Positions 1 through 9,666 of a stretch of 64,000 nucleotides of DNA are shown here, piece by piece. Source of the stretch: Nitrospirota bacterium (lineage in GTDB: Bacteria; Nitrospirota; Thermodesulfovibrionia; Thermodesulfovibrionales; UBA6898); the NCBI GenBank assembly GCA_016215155.1, contig JACRLQ010000057.1, forward strand, positions 10,943 through 74,942. Direction: 5' to 3'. Numbering within the stretch: the stretch's first letter is position 1; every line of letters begins with the position of its first letter. Under the pieces are notes generated by a model that saw nothing but the letters and a program-made list of their open reading frames with translations, was not told the origin of the DNA and made no database searches. Made by a program: the position numbers and the translations under genes.

Positions 1-265
1 CCAGACCGCCGGCGTCGTCAAAGAGATGGCCAAAGGGCTCGGAGTAAAGAATGTCTTTGTCGTCGCCAACAAGGTCCGAGGGAAGGAAGATCTCGATTTT
101 ATCAAAAGCGGAATCGGCGGCATGGACCTTGCCGGGCATATATCATTCAGTAATTCAGTCATGGAATCGGACATAAGGGGCGCGGCCCCGTTCGGCCACG
201 CGCCGCAGACCGTTGAAGAGATTAAACTCATAAAGACCGCGATTGAAAAAATCCTGAATGCATGA
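1..265 (+). CDS. P-loop ATPase, CooC/MinD-like, C-terminal fragment (5' end outside window)
   Basis: The reading frame of ORF 26..265 stays open to the window edge. The tail VFVVANKVRGKEDLDFI...HISFSNSVMESD resembles C-termini of CooC-type maturation ATPases. Family call is from memory only. Confidence 0.45.
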   Translation, partial: QTAGVVKEMAKGLGVKNVFVVANKVRGKEDLDFIKSGIGGMDLAGHISFSNSVMESDIRGAAPFGHAPQTVEEIKLIKTAIEKILNA

Positions 266-860
266 TAAGGCCTCCCTCAGGAGGGAACTTCTGGGAAAAA
301 GGGACGGCATTCCCCCCGCGCTGCGCAGTGAAAAAAGTCTTGCCATCAGGAAAAACCTTGAATCACTCGACGAGTTTAAACGTGCCGGAGTTATATTCAT
401 TTTTGCCTCATTCCGGTCTGAGGTCGATACGTTTACGATAATCAGTGACGCCTTGTCCTCGGGAAAGAGGGTCGTCCTCCCGAAGGTCTCCAAAGGCGAT
501 AAGACTCTGGAACTTTATGAAATCAGCGGGACCGACGAACTTGTGCCGGGGTATATGGGCATTCCCGAGCCATTTGGAATTATTACGGGACGAGATAAAA
601 CGGGGAGTATGTCAGATCGCCGCCGGACGATAAAACAGTTGGATATTGTTATCATACCCGGCGCCGGGTTTGATGCGGAAGGCAACAGGATAGGTTATGG
701 AGGGGGCTATTACGACAGGCTGCTGGGGGGGGGACAGGCTTCGGTCCCTATTGTCGCGCCTGCTTTTGAAGCGCAGATCGCCGGGTCAGTCCCGACGGAA
801 CCTCATGATATTAAAGTCAATATTATCGTGACCGAACAGCGGATCATCAGGTGCGGCTGA
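258..860 (+). CDS. 5-formyltetrahydrofolate cyclo-ligase
   Basis: 200-aa ORF. Its start overlaps the upstream stop (ATGCATGA). The motif IIPGAGFDAEGNRIGYGGGYYDRLL is typical of MTHFS-family enzymes. Confidence 0.85.
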   Translation: MHDKASLRRELLGKRDGIPPALRSEKSLAIRKNLESLDEFKRAGVIFIFASFRSEVDTFTIISDALSSGKRVVLPKVSKGDKTLELYEISGTDELVPGYMGIPEPFGIITGRDKTGSMSDRRRTIKQLDIVIIPGAGFDAEGNRIGYGGGYYDRLLGGGQASVPIVAPAFEAQIAGSVPTEPHDIKVNIIVTEQRIIRCG

Positions 861-865
861 ACCAA

Positions 866-2344
866 TCATTGCCTTGCGCCTCTTCTTTTTAGGTTTATAA
901 GGTTCATCTGTGCATCGGCATAGTCCTTATCGAGGAAGACGGCGGTCTCAAATTCCTTCATAGCGGCTGCCGGGTCACCCTTCTGAAGATATTCAGCCCC
1001 CAGATTATTGTGGGCTATCGGGCTGTCGGGAGATTTTATCACCGTATCAGACCATAAGGTATAGGCATTGCTCCACACGCGGACCCTCTCCGTCGTCATA
1101 AACGAAAAGACCACGACCGCCGCGCAGAAAAAGGAAACAAGCAGTCCTGCGGTCATCTTTTTCAGTATATTTTTTTCATAAATGATTTTCATTACAATCG
1201 CCGCGCAGAGCGCATATCCGGCAGAAGAAAGATAAAGATACCGCTCGGCAAAAACATAATAGCTGTATCCCAGGGCCGGAAGTGTCAGGCAAGGGACTAG
1301 GGGCAGGGCGATACAAAGGAGGCCGAAAAAAAGCGCGGGCTTTTTTTTAAAAGACCATAGGACCAGGGACAAATAAAGTCCGGACGCAATCAAGGCCGCA
1401 AGGACTACCCCTTCGGAAAAAGAAGAATAAGGGTGGAAAACATAGAGGGCCTTCAGATCTCCCGGCCATAGAAGCAGTTCCAGATATTTGGCAAACAGCG
1501 GGAACACATTTATAAATGCCTGCCACGGTCCAAGGGCCGTCCCGCCCTTTTGGGGCACAAATCCGCCCATTGCATAGGTCCTCATAACAAGATATACGAT
1601 TACAGCTACAAGGTACGGCACATACTTTTTAAAAACATACTTGAAAAAAGTCAGATTGTCGGGCTGATATGCCCCTGCCTGCTTTCTCAGGGATAATTCA
1701 AACAAAAAGAAAACAGGGAACCAAAAAAGAGCGGTCACCTTGAACAGTAAAGCGCTGAAATACGCAATGCCTGAAACAATAGGGGTCGCGTCCGCCCTTA
1801 GGTATAAATAAAGCGAGGTAAGACACAATAGTGTCATATTCAGCTCGTTGATCCCCGAGGCCCAGCTGACAGCCTCGGTATTGACCGGATGCACGGCAAA
1901 CAGCAACGCCGCGGCAGCCGGGAATATTGTCCCCTTATAGTTGAAGAATCTGTCGAACAAGGCCCCTCCGACCAAAAAGACCATAATAACGGTCAGGATG
2001 TGCAGCAGTATATTTGTAAGATGATATCCCCACGGTTTTATCTCAAACAGGCCATACTGGAGCATCCGTATAATTCCCCCGAAAGGCGCGAAGAGCGGGA
2101 TTACCTTATTTCCGGTCCAGTCCATCGAGCGGCCGAAAATAATATCAGGAAGATGGCTTATGTCCCTTATCTGCGGGTTCTGCAGTTCGAAAAAAGTGTC
2201 CCAGACAAAATCATGATAAAGAGTGTCGGAGTAAACGGCAAGCGCGGCCAGCGATATTATAAGACATAAGGCATACCTCCCAAAGGAGGCGCCTGTCAGG
2301 GAGTTAAGCTTTATAATCGGCTGCTCCGGAAGGAGGCTGCCCAT
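866..2344 (-). CDS. Polytopic membrane protein with C-terminal TPR repeat (GT-C/PMT_2-like guess)
   Basis: 492-aa ORF with many hydrophobic segments. The C-terminal part NNLGAEYLQKGDPAAAMKEFETAVFLDKDYADAQMNL looks like a TPR repeat. Confidence 0.55.
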   Translation of the reverse strand: MGSLLPEQPIIKLNSLTGASFGRYALCLIISLAALAVYSDTLYHDFVWDTFFELQNPQIRDISHLPDIIFGRSMDWTGNKVIPLFAPFGGIIRMLQYGLFEIKPWGYHLTNILLHILTVIMVFLVGGALFDRFFNYKGTIFPAAAALLFAVHPVNTEAVSWASGINELNMTLLCLTSLYLYLRADATPIVSGIAYFSALLFKVTALFWFPVFFLFELSLRKQAGAYQPDNLTFFKYVFKKYVPYLVAVIVYLVMRTYAMGGFVPQKGGTALGPWQAFINVFPLFAKYLELLLWPGDLKALYVFHPYSSFSEGVVLAALIASGLYLSLVLWSFKKKPALFFGLLCIALPLVPCLTLPALGYSYYVFAERYLYLSSAGYALCAAIVMKIIYEKNILKKMTAGLLVSFFCAAVVVFSFMTTERVRVWSNAYTLWSDTVIKSPDSPIAHNNLGAEYLQKGDPAAAMKEFETAVFLDKDYADAQMNLINLKRRGARQ

Positions 2345-4622
2345 CCAGAATATCGCGCAGCTTTCTGGAAAATGAATCAGGACGGAGAGGCTTCGACATG
2401 AAGTTAAAGGTTTCGTCTATGACACCTCTATGGGTCAGAATATCAGCTGAATAACCGCTTATGAAGAGGGCCTTAAGGTCAGGCCTGATCCGTTTGAGCG
2501 CGGCATATACCTCCTTGCCGTTTAGCCCCGGCATTATGAGATCGGAAATCACAAGGCTGATGCCGCCGGGGTCGCGGGAGAATATCCTGACAGCCTCTTC
2601 AGAGTTGCCGGCCTCAAGGACGGTATATCCGAACTCCCTAAGCATGGCCGTGGTCACTTTCCTTACAGCCTCATCGTCTTCTACAAGAAGGACGGTCTCA
2701 CTGCCCCTGATTATATCCGGAGCAGGTCCCTTGCTTTCAGGTTTCGGGGTTTCTTTTATCAACGGCAGATAAATCCTGAAGGTCGTCCCCTCGCCTGGCT
2801 CGCTGTATACATTGATAAAACCTTCATGCTGTTTGACCGTGCCATATACCATGGCCAGCCCCAGACCCGTGCCTTTGCCGACCTCTTTCGTCGTGAAGAA
2901 GGGCTCGAACATATTGTCCTTCGTCCTCGTATCCATACCTGAGCCTGTGTCGGCAAAAGAGACAACGGCATATCTGCCGGGTTCACCGTACCGGTACATC
3001 TGTATAAACTTATCGTCGATGACCGCCTCATCGGTCGTTATCGTAAGGCGGCCGCCTTTGGGCATAGCGTCGCGGGCATTGGTGACGAGGTTCATGAAGG
3101 CATGTTCGATCTGGCTCCTGTCGGCCCTGACGATCAGGTCGCCTTTGTAATTATTCAGGGTGATTTCGATATCCTCGCCTATGACACGGGCCAGGATCTT
3201 CTGCATGCCGGTAACGATATCCGGAATATTGACGGCAACAGGGTTTATCACCTGCTTTCTGCTGAAGGCAAGAAGACTGTGTGTTAGACTGGCTGCCCTC
3301 TCGGCGGAGGCCAGTATCTGGGCCACGTAGTCATGCATTGCCGACTCAGGAGGCGCCATATTGCCCAGCAGGCTCCCATAGCCTATGATGGCGGTAAGGA
3401 TGTTATTAAAATCATGGGCAATGCCGCCTGCAAGATGGCCGATGGCTTCCATCTTCTGGGCCTGACGCAGCTGCTCTTCGACTTTTCTGTGATCAGTCAC
3501 ATCGATGCCGATACTCGCAGCGCCGGCCAGCTTTCCCTGGTCGTCATAGAAAAAAGCATTGTCCCATACCAGAAGCCTTTCTTTGCCGTCACGGGTGACG
3601 ATCACGTTTTCGTAGTGGGCGGGCAGGGAAGCCTCCCGGATGGCCCTGTCATAGACTTCCTTTAATTCCGTCCTGCCGGTCTCAGGTATAAAAAGGTCGA
3701 ACCAGTTTCTGTTTAACACCTCCGCTTTTGTCCAGCCCGTGAGCAAAAGCAGAAAATTGTTGCAGAAAATAATATCGCCCTTGAGGTCCAGCATAACAGC
3801 GGCAAGCTGGATGGTCTCAAGCAGGTCCCTGAATCTCTTTTCCGAAAAGGCAAGCGCCTTTTCGGCTTCCCTTCTGTCGGTGATGTCCGCGATATTGCCT
3901 ATCAGGGCCAACAGCTTTCCGTCTTCCGACTCCAGCCGTCTTCCCGACAGAAATCCCCAAAAATCGCTTCCGTCGCGTCTGATATAATGGCGTTCGACTG
4001 AGACGCTGTCGATTTCACCTTTTATCAGCATATGCATACGGGTATCTCCAAGGGTCTTCTGGTCGGGGTGCACGTGGTCGGTATAATACGAACCGATAAG
4101 CTCATTCATGCTGCACCTGAGCATATCAGCCATTCTCTGATTGGCAAAGACGATATGTCCGGTCGGATCGACCTGTATTATCCCTGCCTGTGAGGTATCA
4201 AATACGACCCGGAGCTGTTCTTCCCTGGCCGCCATCTTCCTGCTTCTATTGAGCGCCTCGTCTTCGGCGCGCCGGAGGGCGGTGATGTCGGTCGCGATAT
4301 GCATGATCATTTCGAGTTTGCCCTGGTCATTAAAAAAAGGAGTGCAGGAAACCAGAAATATGCCGCCAAGGGCCTCGATCTCCATCTCGATGGCTTCAAA
4401 CCGGCCGGAACCTATCATCTTTTCCATCGGACAGGCATAGGGAGGGCCGGTCATTCCCTTCTGATGAAATATTTCGTAGCACGGTTTGCCTATTATTTCA
4501 TCCTGGGTGAGGCCTGTAAAACTAACGCTTGCTCTGTTTGCGGCCAGGATCCTGTGATTGGGGTCAAGAATCATGGCGGGATGACCGATCGCCTCGAACA
4601 GATTCTTCCATTCAATATTCAT
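2304..4622 (-). CDS. Hybrid sensor histidine kinase/response regulator with multiple PAS domains
   Basis: 772 aa with repeated PAS-like segments, an H-box (GGIAHDFNNILTAI) and a G-rich HATPase region (GTGLGLAMV). The C-terminal receiver domain shows VLLVEDDEAVR...ISDLIMPGLNG. Confidence 0.9.
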   Translation of the reverse strand: MNIEWKNLFEAIGHPAMILDPNHRILAANRASVSFTGLTQDEIIGKPCYEIFHQKGMTGPPYACPMEKMIGSGRFEAIEMEIEALGGIFLVSCTPFFNDQGKLEMIMHIATDITALRRAEDEALNRSRKMAAREEQLRVVFDTSQAGIIQVDPTGHIVFANQRMADMLRCSMNELIGSYYTDHVHPDQKTLGDTRMHMLIKGEIDSVSVERHYIRRDGSDFWGFLSGRRLESEDGKLLALIGNIADITDRREAEKALAFSEKRFRDLLETIQLAAVMLDLKGDIIFCNNFLLLLTGWTKAEVLNRNWFDLFIPETGRTELKEVYDRAIREASLPAHYENVIVTRDGKERLLVWDNAFFYDDQGKLAGAASIGIDVTDHRKVEEQLRQAQKMEAIGHLAGGIAHDFNNILTAIIGYGSLLGNMAPPESAMHDYVAQILASAERAASLTHSLLAFSRKQVINPVAVNIPDIVTGMQKILARVIGEDIEITLNNYKGDLIVRADRSQIEHAFMNLVTNARDAMPKGGRLTITTDEAVIDDKFIQMYRYGEPGRYAVVSFADTGSGMDTRTKDNMFEPFFTTKEVGKGTGLGLAMVYGTVKQHEGFINVYSEPGEGTTFRIYLPLIKETPKPESKGPAPDIIRGSETVLLVEDDEAVRKVTTAMLREFGYTVLEAGNSEEAVRIFSRDPGGISLVISDLIMPGLNGKEVYAALKRIRPDLKALFISGYSADILTHRGVIDETFNFMSKPLRPDSFSRKLRDILDGQPPSGAADYKA

Positions 4623-4720
4623 ATCCAGTACCCCCGCGTTGTCCTTTCCTGTGCTAAAGTGACCCGGCCGTGACGCTTTTATGGCATCAGCTTATTTAGT
4701 GTCTGCGTATAAAATCTCTT

Positions 4721-5353
4721 TTATTTCGTAAATATCTCATCGGGAAGTTCGTTTGAATCATCATGTTTCAGAGGGAAATGTTCCCTTAGTATCAGTCCCG
4801 CGTCGGTCATGGCCCGGCACAGGGCATCGCAGGCGCGGCCCTCTTTTATCCCCTGAGTGACTGTTGACGCAAAATTGTTCAGAACAGCCTGGTCGATCTT
4901 TTCATATATGCCCTTGTCGGCCAGCACACGGACTTTATGTTCCAGAAGTGATATATAAAACAGTACCCCCGTGTTGTCCCTCGTGCGGCACAGACCTTTT
5001 TGATAAAACGCGCTTAGCGCCCCGCGGACTACGGCGTCATTTTTTCTTCCTTCGCCGACAAACCTGGACTTCAGGTCAGGGACAGCCCTGATCAGCAGCC
5101 TGAAAGGGAAGAAAAAAATAAAGCTCAGGGGAACATAATACCAGATAACCCCGCCTGAAAGTATTTCCGTAAGAATGAGAGCGGCCAGGCTCCCCAAAAT
5201 AACGCCTCCGGATATTTCAGCGTCGGGATACTCGTCACTGCCGTCAACGACAACAACGACGACCTCGCCGGAGGTCGTGGACTCGATCTGCTTTGTGGTC
5301 TCGCCGATCCTTCTTTTCTCTTCGTCGGTAAAAAAAGACTCTGCTCTGTTCAT
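4721..5353 (-). CDS. TPM domain-containing protein
   Basis: 210 aa. It lies immediately downstream of the YgcG-like TPM gene and lemA, which is the conserved LemA-TPM-TPM arrangement. It has an N-terminal soluble domain, two TM segments and a C-terminal domain. Confidence 0.65.
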   Translation of the reverse strand: MNRAESFFTDEEKRRIGETTKQIESTTSGEVVVVVVDGSDEYPDAEISGGVILGSLAALILTEILSGGVIWYYVPLSFIFFFPFRLLIRAVPDLKSRFVGEGRKNDAVVRGALSAFYQKGLCRTRDNTGVLFYISLLEHKVRVLADKGIYEKIDQAVLNNFASTVTQGIKEGRACDALCRAMTDAGLILREHFPLKHDDSNELPDEIFTK

Positions 5354-6216
5354 TACCAGTCTCCCGAGGCGCCGCCGCCGCCGAAATCTCCACCACCGCC
5401 TCCGCCAAAGCCGCCGCCGGACCCCGCCCCCCCGCTAAAGCCTCCGCCGCTATAAAAGCCTCCTCCATGGTAGCCGCCGCCCCTCGATGAAAAAAGAAAG
5501 GGCAGGGCCAGACCCCCCAGCAGTCCGACGGCCATAAGGACGACGATTGCGATCAGTCCGAGCGGTATGAGGGTAAGATAGACAAGGGCCGGAAGCCCTA
5601 TGGCCCCTGCCGCCATGCCCAAGGGTTTCGATATGCTTCCAAGCACACCCAAACCTATAAGGGCGAAGATCAGAAACGTTAAAAACCTTGACGGGCTGCC
5701 GTACGACGGTCCGGAGCCGCTTCTTCGTTTTGCGTCTTCCGCCTTGAACTCGCCCCTGGTAGCGTCGATCAATGAAGCGACCGCGGCCTGGAACCCTCCG
5801 TCAAAGTCACCGCCCCTGAACTTCGGCTTTACCATAAGGTTTATTATCCTCCCGGCCGTTAGGTCCGTGAGCTTTCCCTCAAGGCCCCTTCCGACCTCTA
5901 TGCGCATCTTCTTATCGTTTTTCGAGACCGTGAAAATAATACCGTTGTCCTTTCCCTTTTGACCAATCTTCCAGGCCTCGGCGACCTTTATGCTGAACTC
6001 CTCGATGACTTCACCCTCGAGTGACGGCACGGTAAGTATTATTATCTGCGTCGAGTCCGTCTGTTCGAAGGCCCTAAGCGTAGATTCGATCCGGGCCCTG
6101 GCGGGAGGAGAGATCATATGCGCGTAGTCATTGACATATCCTGTCAGCTTAGGGACTTCAAGCGCATGGACGACACTTGAAGCGTCAGGCAAGAAGGCCG
6201 CAAATATGAATAACAT
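5353..6216 (-). CDS. TPM domain-containing protein (YgcG-like) with glycine-rich C-terminal tail
   Basis: The start is trimmed to ATG at 6216 (MLFIFAAF... signal/TM). The 62 codons upstream translate a GC-rich hairpin repeat. The TPM-like core reads VNDYAHMISPPARARIE...QIIILTV. The tail is GGGYHGGGFYSGGGFSGGAGSGGGFGGGGGGDFGGGG. Confidence 0.7.
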   Translation of the reverse strand: MLFIFAAFLPDASSVVHALEVPKLTGYVNDYAHMISPPARARIESTLRAFEQTDSTQIIILTVPSLEGEVIEEFSIKVAEAWKIGQKGKDNGIIFTVSKNDKKMRIEVGRGLEGKLTDLTAGRIINLMVKPKFRGGDFDGGFQAAVASLIDATRGEFKAEDAKRRSGSGPSYGSPSRFLTFLIFALIGLGVLGSISKPLGMAAGAIGLPALVYLTLIPLGLIAIVVLMAVGLLGGLALPFLFSSRGGGYHGGGFYSGGGFSGGAGSGGGFGGGGGGDFGGGGASGDW

Positions 6217-6231
6217 TACCCTGATAAATTC

Positions 6232-6388
6232 CCTCACCCTGGCCCTCTCCCTCCAGGGGAGAGGGGATAATTGGGCGGACTCTCCTGTTCCAGAGGCGCT
6301 GAAATATCGCAGGTTTCCCATACACGGACTTGAGAGGGCAAAACTTCTGCACCCTCCCCCTTGACGGGGGAGGGATGGGGAGAGGGTG
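6232..6388. repeat. Pair of GC-rich hairpins (REP-like) between lemA and the TPM gene
   Basis: Hairpin 1 is CCCTCTCCC(6243-6251)-tccag-GGGAGAGGG(6257-6265). Hairpin 2 is CCCTCCCCC(6352-6360)-ttgac-GGGGGAGGG(6366-6374). Related CCCTCACCC and GAGGGTG flanks surround them. Confidence 0.5.
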
Positions 6389-6403
6389 TCCATATTTATC
6401 AAC

Positions 6404-6994
6404 CTATTTGCTGAAGTTGACCTTGGGCGCCTTTTCGGAACCGGCTTCGGCCTTATATGGCTCTTTCAGCTTGAGGTGAAGCAAAAGGCTGTTTGTCAGA
6501 CTATTTGGAAAAGTACGTATAGATACATTGAACGTCTCGACCGACTTGTTATATCTGACCCGGGCGACGTTGATCCTGTTTTCAGTCCCTTCGAGCTGGG
6601 TCTGAAGGTCCCTGAAGTTCTGGTTTGCCTTGAGGTCAGGATATTTTTCGACAACAACCATAAGCCTTGAAAGCGCGCTGCTCAGCCCGCCCTGCGCCTG
6701 CTGGAACTGGTTCAGCGCCTGGGGGTTATCGAGCAGACCTTTGGTCATCTGTATCGACCCTACCTTGGCCCTTGCCTCGGTCACCGCGGTCAGTGTCTCC
6801 TGTTCGTGCTTTGCGTAACCTTTGACGACCTCCACGAGGTTAGGTATGAGATCGGCCCTTCTCTGGTAGGAAGACTCGACATCTCCCCAAGCCGCCTTGA
6901 CCGCTTCTTCGTTTGCCTGCATCTGGTTATATCCGCACCCCGAGATGCCGAACAGCGTCACGGACGCCACAATATAAAGTAATATTTTCTTCAC
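6404..6994 (-). CDS. lemA: LemA family protein
   Basis: 196 aa with a lipoprotein-like N-terminus (LFGISGC). The segment [40 protein letters not shown] is typical of LemA. Confidence 0.9.
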   Translation of the reverse strand: MKKILLYIVASVTLFGISGCGYNQMQANEEAVKAAWGDVESSYQRRADLIPNLVEVVKGYAKHEQETLTAVTEARAKVGSIQMTKGLLDNPQALNQFQQAQGGLSSALSRLMVVVEKYPDLKANQNFRDLQTQLEGTENRINVARVRYNKSVETFNVSIRTFPNSLTNSLLLHLKLKEPYKAEAGSEKAPKVNFSK

Positions 6995-7057
6995 GATTCC
7001 TCCCGGTTTTTATTATACAGCCATACTCGATATTATCACGTAAAAAAACTTATAAGT

Positions 7058-7085
7058 AAAGGCACGGGGCACGTCCGTGCCTTTT
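7058..7085 (-). terminator. Putative intrinsic terminator after the crcB-DUF190 operon
   Basis: Stem GGCACGG(7061-7067) pairs with CCGTGCC(7075-7081). It is flanked by AAA on one side and TTTT on the other, about 40 nt downstream of the DUF190 stop. Confidence 0.45.
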
Positions 7086-7125
7086 AAGATGGCAGAGACC
7101 GGGCAGGGCAATCCATGAATTGCCC

Positions 7126-7446
7126 CTACTTGATGATCGTGGTGTCCGAGATTTCGATCAGTCCTTTTGTGACCACTTGCTCGATTTCAGGGAGTACCTT
7201 TGAGATCTTCTCCCCGCTGTCGACAATTTCAAGTTTTACCGGCATGGTGCTGGAGAGTTCGAGCATCTTGGATGTATGGAATATCCCGTCGCTGCCATAG
7301 CCGGCCACGCCCCGAAAGACGCTTGCGCCGGAGATGCCGTGCCTGTTAATAATGTCGAGCAGCACTTCGTACACAGGCTTGCCGCCATGCCTGTCCGTCT
7401 CATCGACATAGACCGTCAGTTTTTTCCCCGGACCCTTTTGGATCAT
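7126..7446 (-). CDS. DUF190 domain-containing protein (CrcB-associated, PII-like fold)
   Basis: 106 aa. The segment KLTVYVDETDRHGGKPVYEVLLDIINRHGISGASVFRGVAGYG is typical of DUF190. It is adjacent to crcB. Confidence 0.8.
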   Translation of the reverse strand: MIQKGPGKKLTVYVDETDRHGGKPVYEVLLDIINRHGISGASVFRGVAGYGSDGIFHTSKMLELSSTMPVKLEIVDSGEKISKVLPEIEQVVTKGLIEISDTTIIK

Positions 7447-7456
7447 GTCATTTCTC

Positions 7457-7831
7457 CTATATGCCTTTGGCTATCATACCACCCATTTTAAGGGCGGCAA
7501 ACCCGACGAACACACTGAGGACGACATTCAGGGCGGCGATCATCCACTCACCGTCTCTCAGAAGGTTGCCGGTTTCGAACTCGAAGGTAGAAAAGGTCGT
7601 ATAGGCGCCGAGGAACCCGACCGCGAAAAACAGGCGCCATTGAGGGTTTGCCATGAACCTTTCGGTCAGCAGCGGCATTACAAGACCTATCAGGAAGCTT
7701 CCGCTTATGTTGATGATGAAAGTCCCCATCGGGAAACTTCTTCCCCAATTCTGGCCTATCCAGGCCGAGGCGGCGTAGCGGGCGATGGCGCCGAGAAATC
7801 CGCCTGCGCCAATAACAATATAGTCGAGCAT
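7457..7831 (-). CDS. crcB: Fluoride efflux transporter CrcB
   Basis: The start is trimmed to ATG at 7831 (MLDYIVIGAGGFLGAIARY...), giving about 124 aa, the usual CrcB size. Four hydrophobic segments are present. Confidence 0.9.
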   Translation of the reverse strand: MLDYIVIGAGGFLGAIARYAASAWIGQNWGRSFPMGTFIINISGSFLIGLVMPLLTERFMANPQWRLFFAVGFLGAYTTFSTFEFETGNLLRDGEWMIAALNVVLSVFVGFAALKMGGMIAKGI

Positions 7832-7894
7832 ATAACAGGATATAGTATGAAAAGCGGTTAAATCAACCACGGAAGCTTAAGCTGGGAGGGCGGG

Positions 7895-9049
7895 TTAACC
7901 CTTTGGATCGGCTTCCTGTTCAGTTTCGGTGATCAATCTTTTTCCGCCGATGAAACGCTTCAGGTAATAGGGGGTCTCCAGGCTGTCTATAGTTACTCTT
8001 CTGCCTTTTGAGGAGGCATGTATGAAGAGGTTGTTGCCCAGATAAATACCCACGTGGGAAGGGAACGAGGCATATGTTCTGAAAAATACGAGGTCACCGA
8101 TAAGAAGTTCGTCCCTGTCGATCGTCTCGCCTTCCTTGAACTGCTCACGGGCAGTCCGGGGAAGATTGACGCCGAGAAGTCCATAGACTTTTTTAACATA
8201 CGCAGAGCAGTCGATCCCAAGGATGCTCGTCCCTCCGAATTTGTACGGAATATTGATCATTTTCTTGGCGAAGGTAATCAGTTTGTCATTTGTGCTCTTT
8301 TCGGCAAACTCCTCTGTTTCGGCCACCTTCTTGATCTCTTCTTCCACATTTCTGCCCATCACCTGCTGGATATGCTCAGCTGAGGACTCGTCGAGCCTGT
8401 CCTCCAGATAAAGCTTCTGCCCCGCGTGGAGGTCCTGGGATTCCAGTTCGTTTAAGACCATGAGGTCTTCGGCATCCATATCAAATTTCCGGGCGATCTT
8501 TTTCATCGTATCGCCCTTTTTCACTATGTATGTTTTTGGGCCGATATGTCTTACAAGGACCTTTTGTCCGGTTTTCAGCTTCCTGGACTTAAGGTTATTG
8601 AGGTCCTTAAGTTCGGAGAGACCGATCTCATATTTCTTCGATATGGACAACAGGGTATCGCCTTTTTTTACGGTGTGGTAAGGATTCTCCCTTGAGGCCT
8701 TTGTGACCTTTACCGTTGCGGCCTCGGGGGTCTTTTCCATGGTTTTAGCCGACGCAACTTTGGCCCCTCGCTTTTTACCCGCTGAGGCTGTTTTTTGTTT
8801 TTTTCCCGCCGCCTCTCCTTTTGCGGGCACCTTAATGACCGTGCCTATTTTCATGTTCTTTGGGACGATAGTGTTGGCCTTTAATATGGCATCGACTGAA
8901 ACACCGTGTTTTTTTGCGATGGATTTCGGGGTATCGCCTTTTTTTATTACATAGTCTGTTGCGGCATGGGCCGGATATGTGAGCGAGAGCGCTATAAAAA
9001 ATACCAGCGCAACCAGAGGACCCCGAGGAAAAAGACTAAACGCCATCAC
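7895..9049 (-). CDS. LysM-repeat NlpC/P60 (C40) peptidoglycan endopeptidase
   Basis: Signal peptide followed by three LysM repeats (e.g. YVIKKGDTPKSIAKKHGVSV, HTVKKGDTLLSISKKYEIGL, YIVKKGDTMKKIARKFDMDA). The C-terminal part has GIDCSAYVKKVYG...SHVGIYLG, a Cys/His catalytic pattern. Confidence 0.85.
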   Translation of the reverse strand: MMAFSLFPRGPLVALVFFIALSLTYPAHAATDYVIKKGDTPKSIAKKHGVSVDAILKANTIVPKNMKIGTVIKVPAKGEAAGKKQKTASAGKKRGAKVASAKTMEKTPEAATVKVTKASRENPYHTVKKGDTLLSISKKYEIGLSELKDLNNLKSRKLKTGQKVLVRHIGPKTYIVKKGDTMKKIARKFDMDAEDLMVLNELESQDLHAGQKLYLEDRLDESSAEHIQQVMGRNVEEEIKKVAETEEFAEKSTNDKLITFAKKMINIPYKFGGTSILGIDCSAYVKKVYGLLGVNLPRTAREQFKEGETIDRDELLIGDLVFFRTYASFPSHVGIYLGNNLFIHASSKGRRVTIDSLETPYYLKRFIGGKRLITETEQEADPKG

Positions 9050-9576
9050 GCGGCCTCATCCCGGTTCAGTTCTTTGAGTGTGGGAAGTTCCGAGAGGTCC
9101 TTGAGCCCGAAATACTGAAGAAATTCTTTTGTCGTGCCGTACAAAAGCGGCTTTCCCGGCACTTCCTTGCGGCCCATTATCTTGATCAGCCGCTTGTCAA
9201 GAAGACTCTTTACGACCCCGTCGGAATTTACCCCCCGTATCTGCTCAAGCTCGGCCTTGATAATAGGCTGATTATAGGCGATTATGGCGAGGGTCTCAAG
9301 CGCGGGCAGGGAAAGTCTGTTGGGGGTCCCCGATGCGAAAAGCTTCCGGACCCAAGCTGAGCATTCAGGGCTAGTGGTCATTTGATAGCCGTTTGCGACC
9401 TCGACGATCTGTATCCCCCTAGCGTCGTTCCTGTATTCGGAGATCAGCTCATCAAGTATCTGCCTGAGTTCCGTCTCCGGAAGTTCGGACACATTTTTGA
9501 TCGCATCCATCGTGATTGGATCACCCGAGACAAACAACAACGCCTCGACCAATGCTTTTTTGGCTTTAGTATCCAT
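9046..9576 (-). CDS. scpB: Segregation and condensation protein B
   Basis: LVEALLFVSGDPITMD...NGYQMTT...LSLPALETLAIIAYNQPIIKAELEQIRGV is typical of ScpB. The start is trimmed to ATG at 9576 (MDTKAKK). The ORF track begins at 9618. Confidence 0.85.
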   Translation of the reverse strand: MDTKAKKALVEALLFVSGDPITMDAIKNVSELPETELRQILDELISEYRNDARGIQIVEVANGYQMTTSPECSAWVRKLFASGTPNRLSLPALETLAIIAYNQPIIKAELEQIRGVNSDGVVKSLLDKRLIKIMGRKEVPGKPLLYGTTKEFLQYFGLKDLSELPTLKELNRDEAA

Positions 9577-9666
9577 ACGAAACGCAATAACTATAACAAA
9601 AAAGGCCGAAAATTTCAACCTCGGACCATGTTTGTTACGCCAATAAGGACGAATGAGACTTACCGG

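Noticed and set aside
5175-5468. ORFs 5175..5438 (+) and 5244..5468 (-)
   Set aside because: They are shadow frames of the glycine-rich tail and the junction of the two TPM genes. They are homopolymeric (T, R or A runs).
6217-6402. N-terminal 62 codons of ORF 5353..6402
   Set aside because: They translate the GC-rich hairpin pair. A signal/TM-like start (MLFIFAAF) exists at 6216.
7832-7894. Possible fluoride (crcB-motif) riboswitch upstream of crcB
   Set aside because: Only 63 nt are available. The minus-strand sequence (GGTTAACCCGCCCTCCCAGCTTAAGCTTCCGTGGTTGATTTAACCGC...) does not show the conserved GGCGATGG...AAACCGCC...CTGATGATGCC-type elements as I remember them. A covariance-model scan would be needed to be sure.
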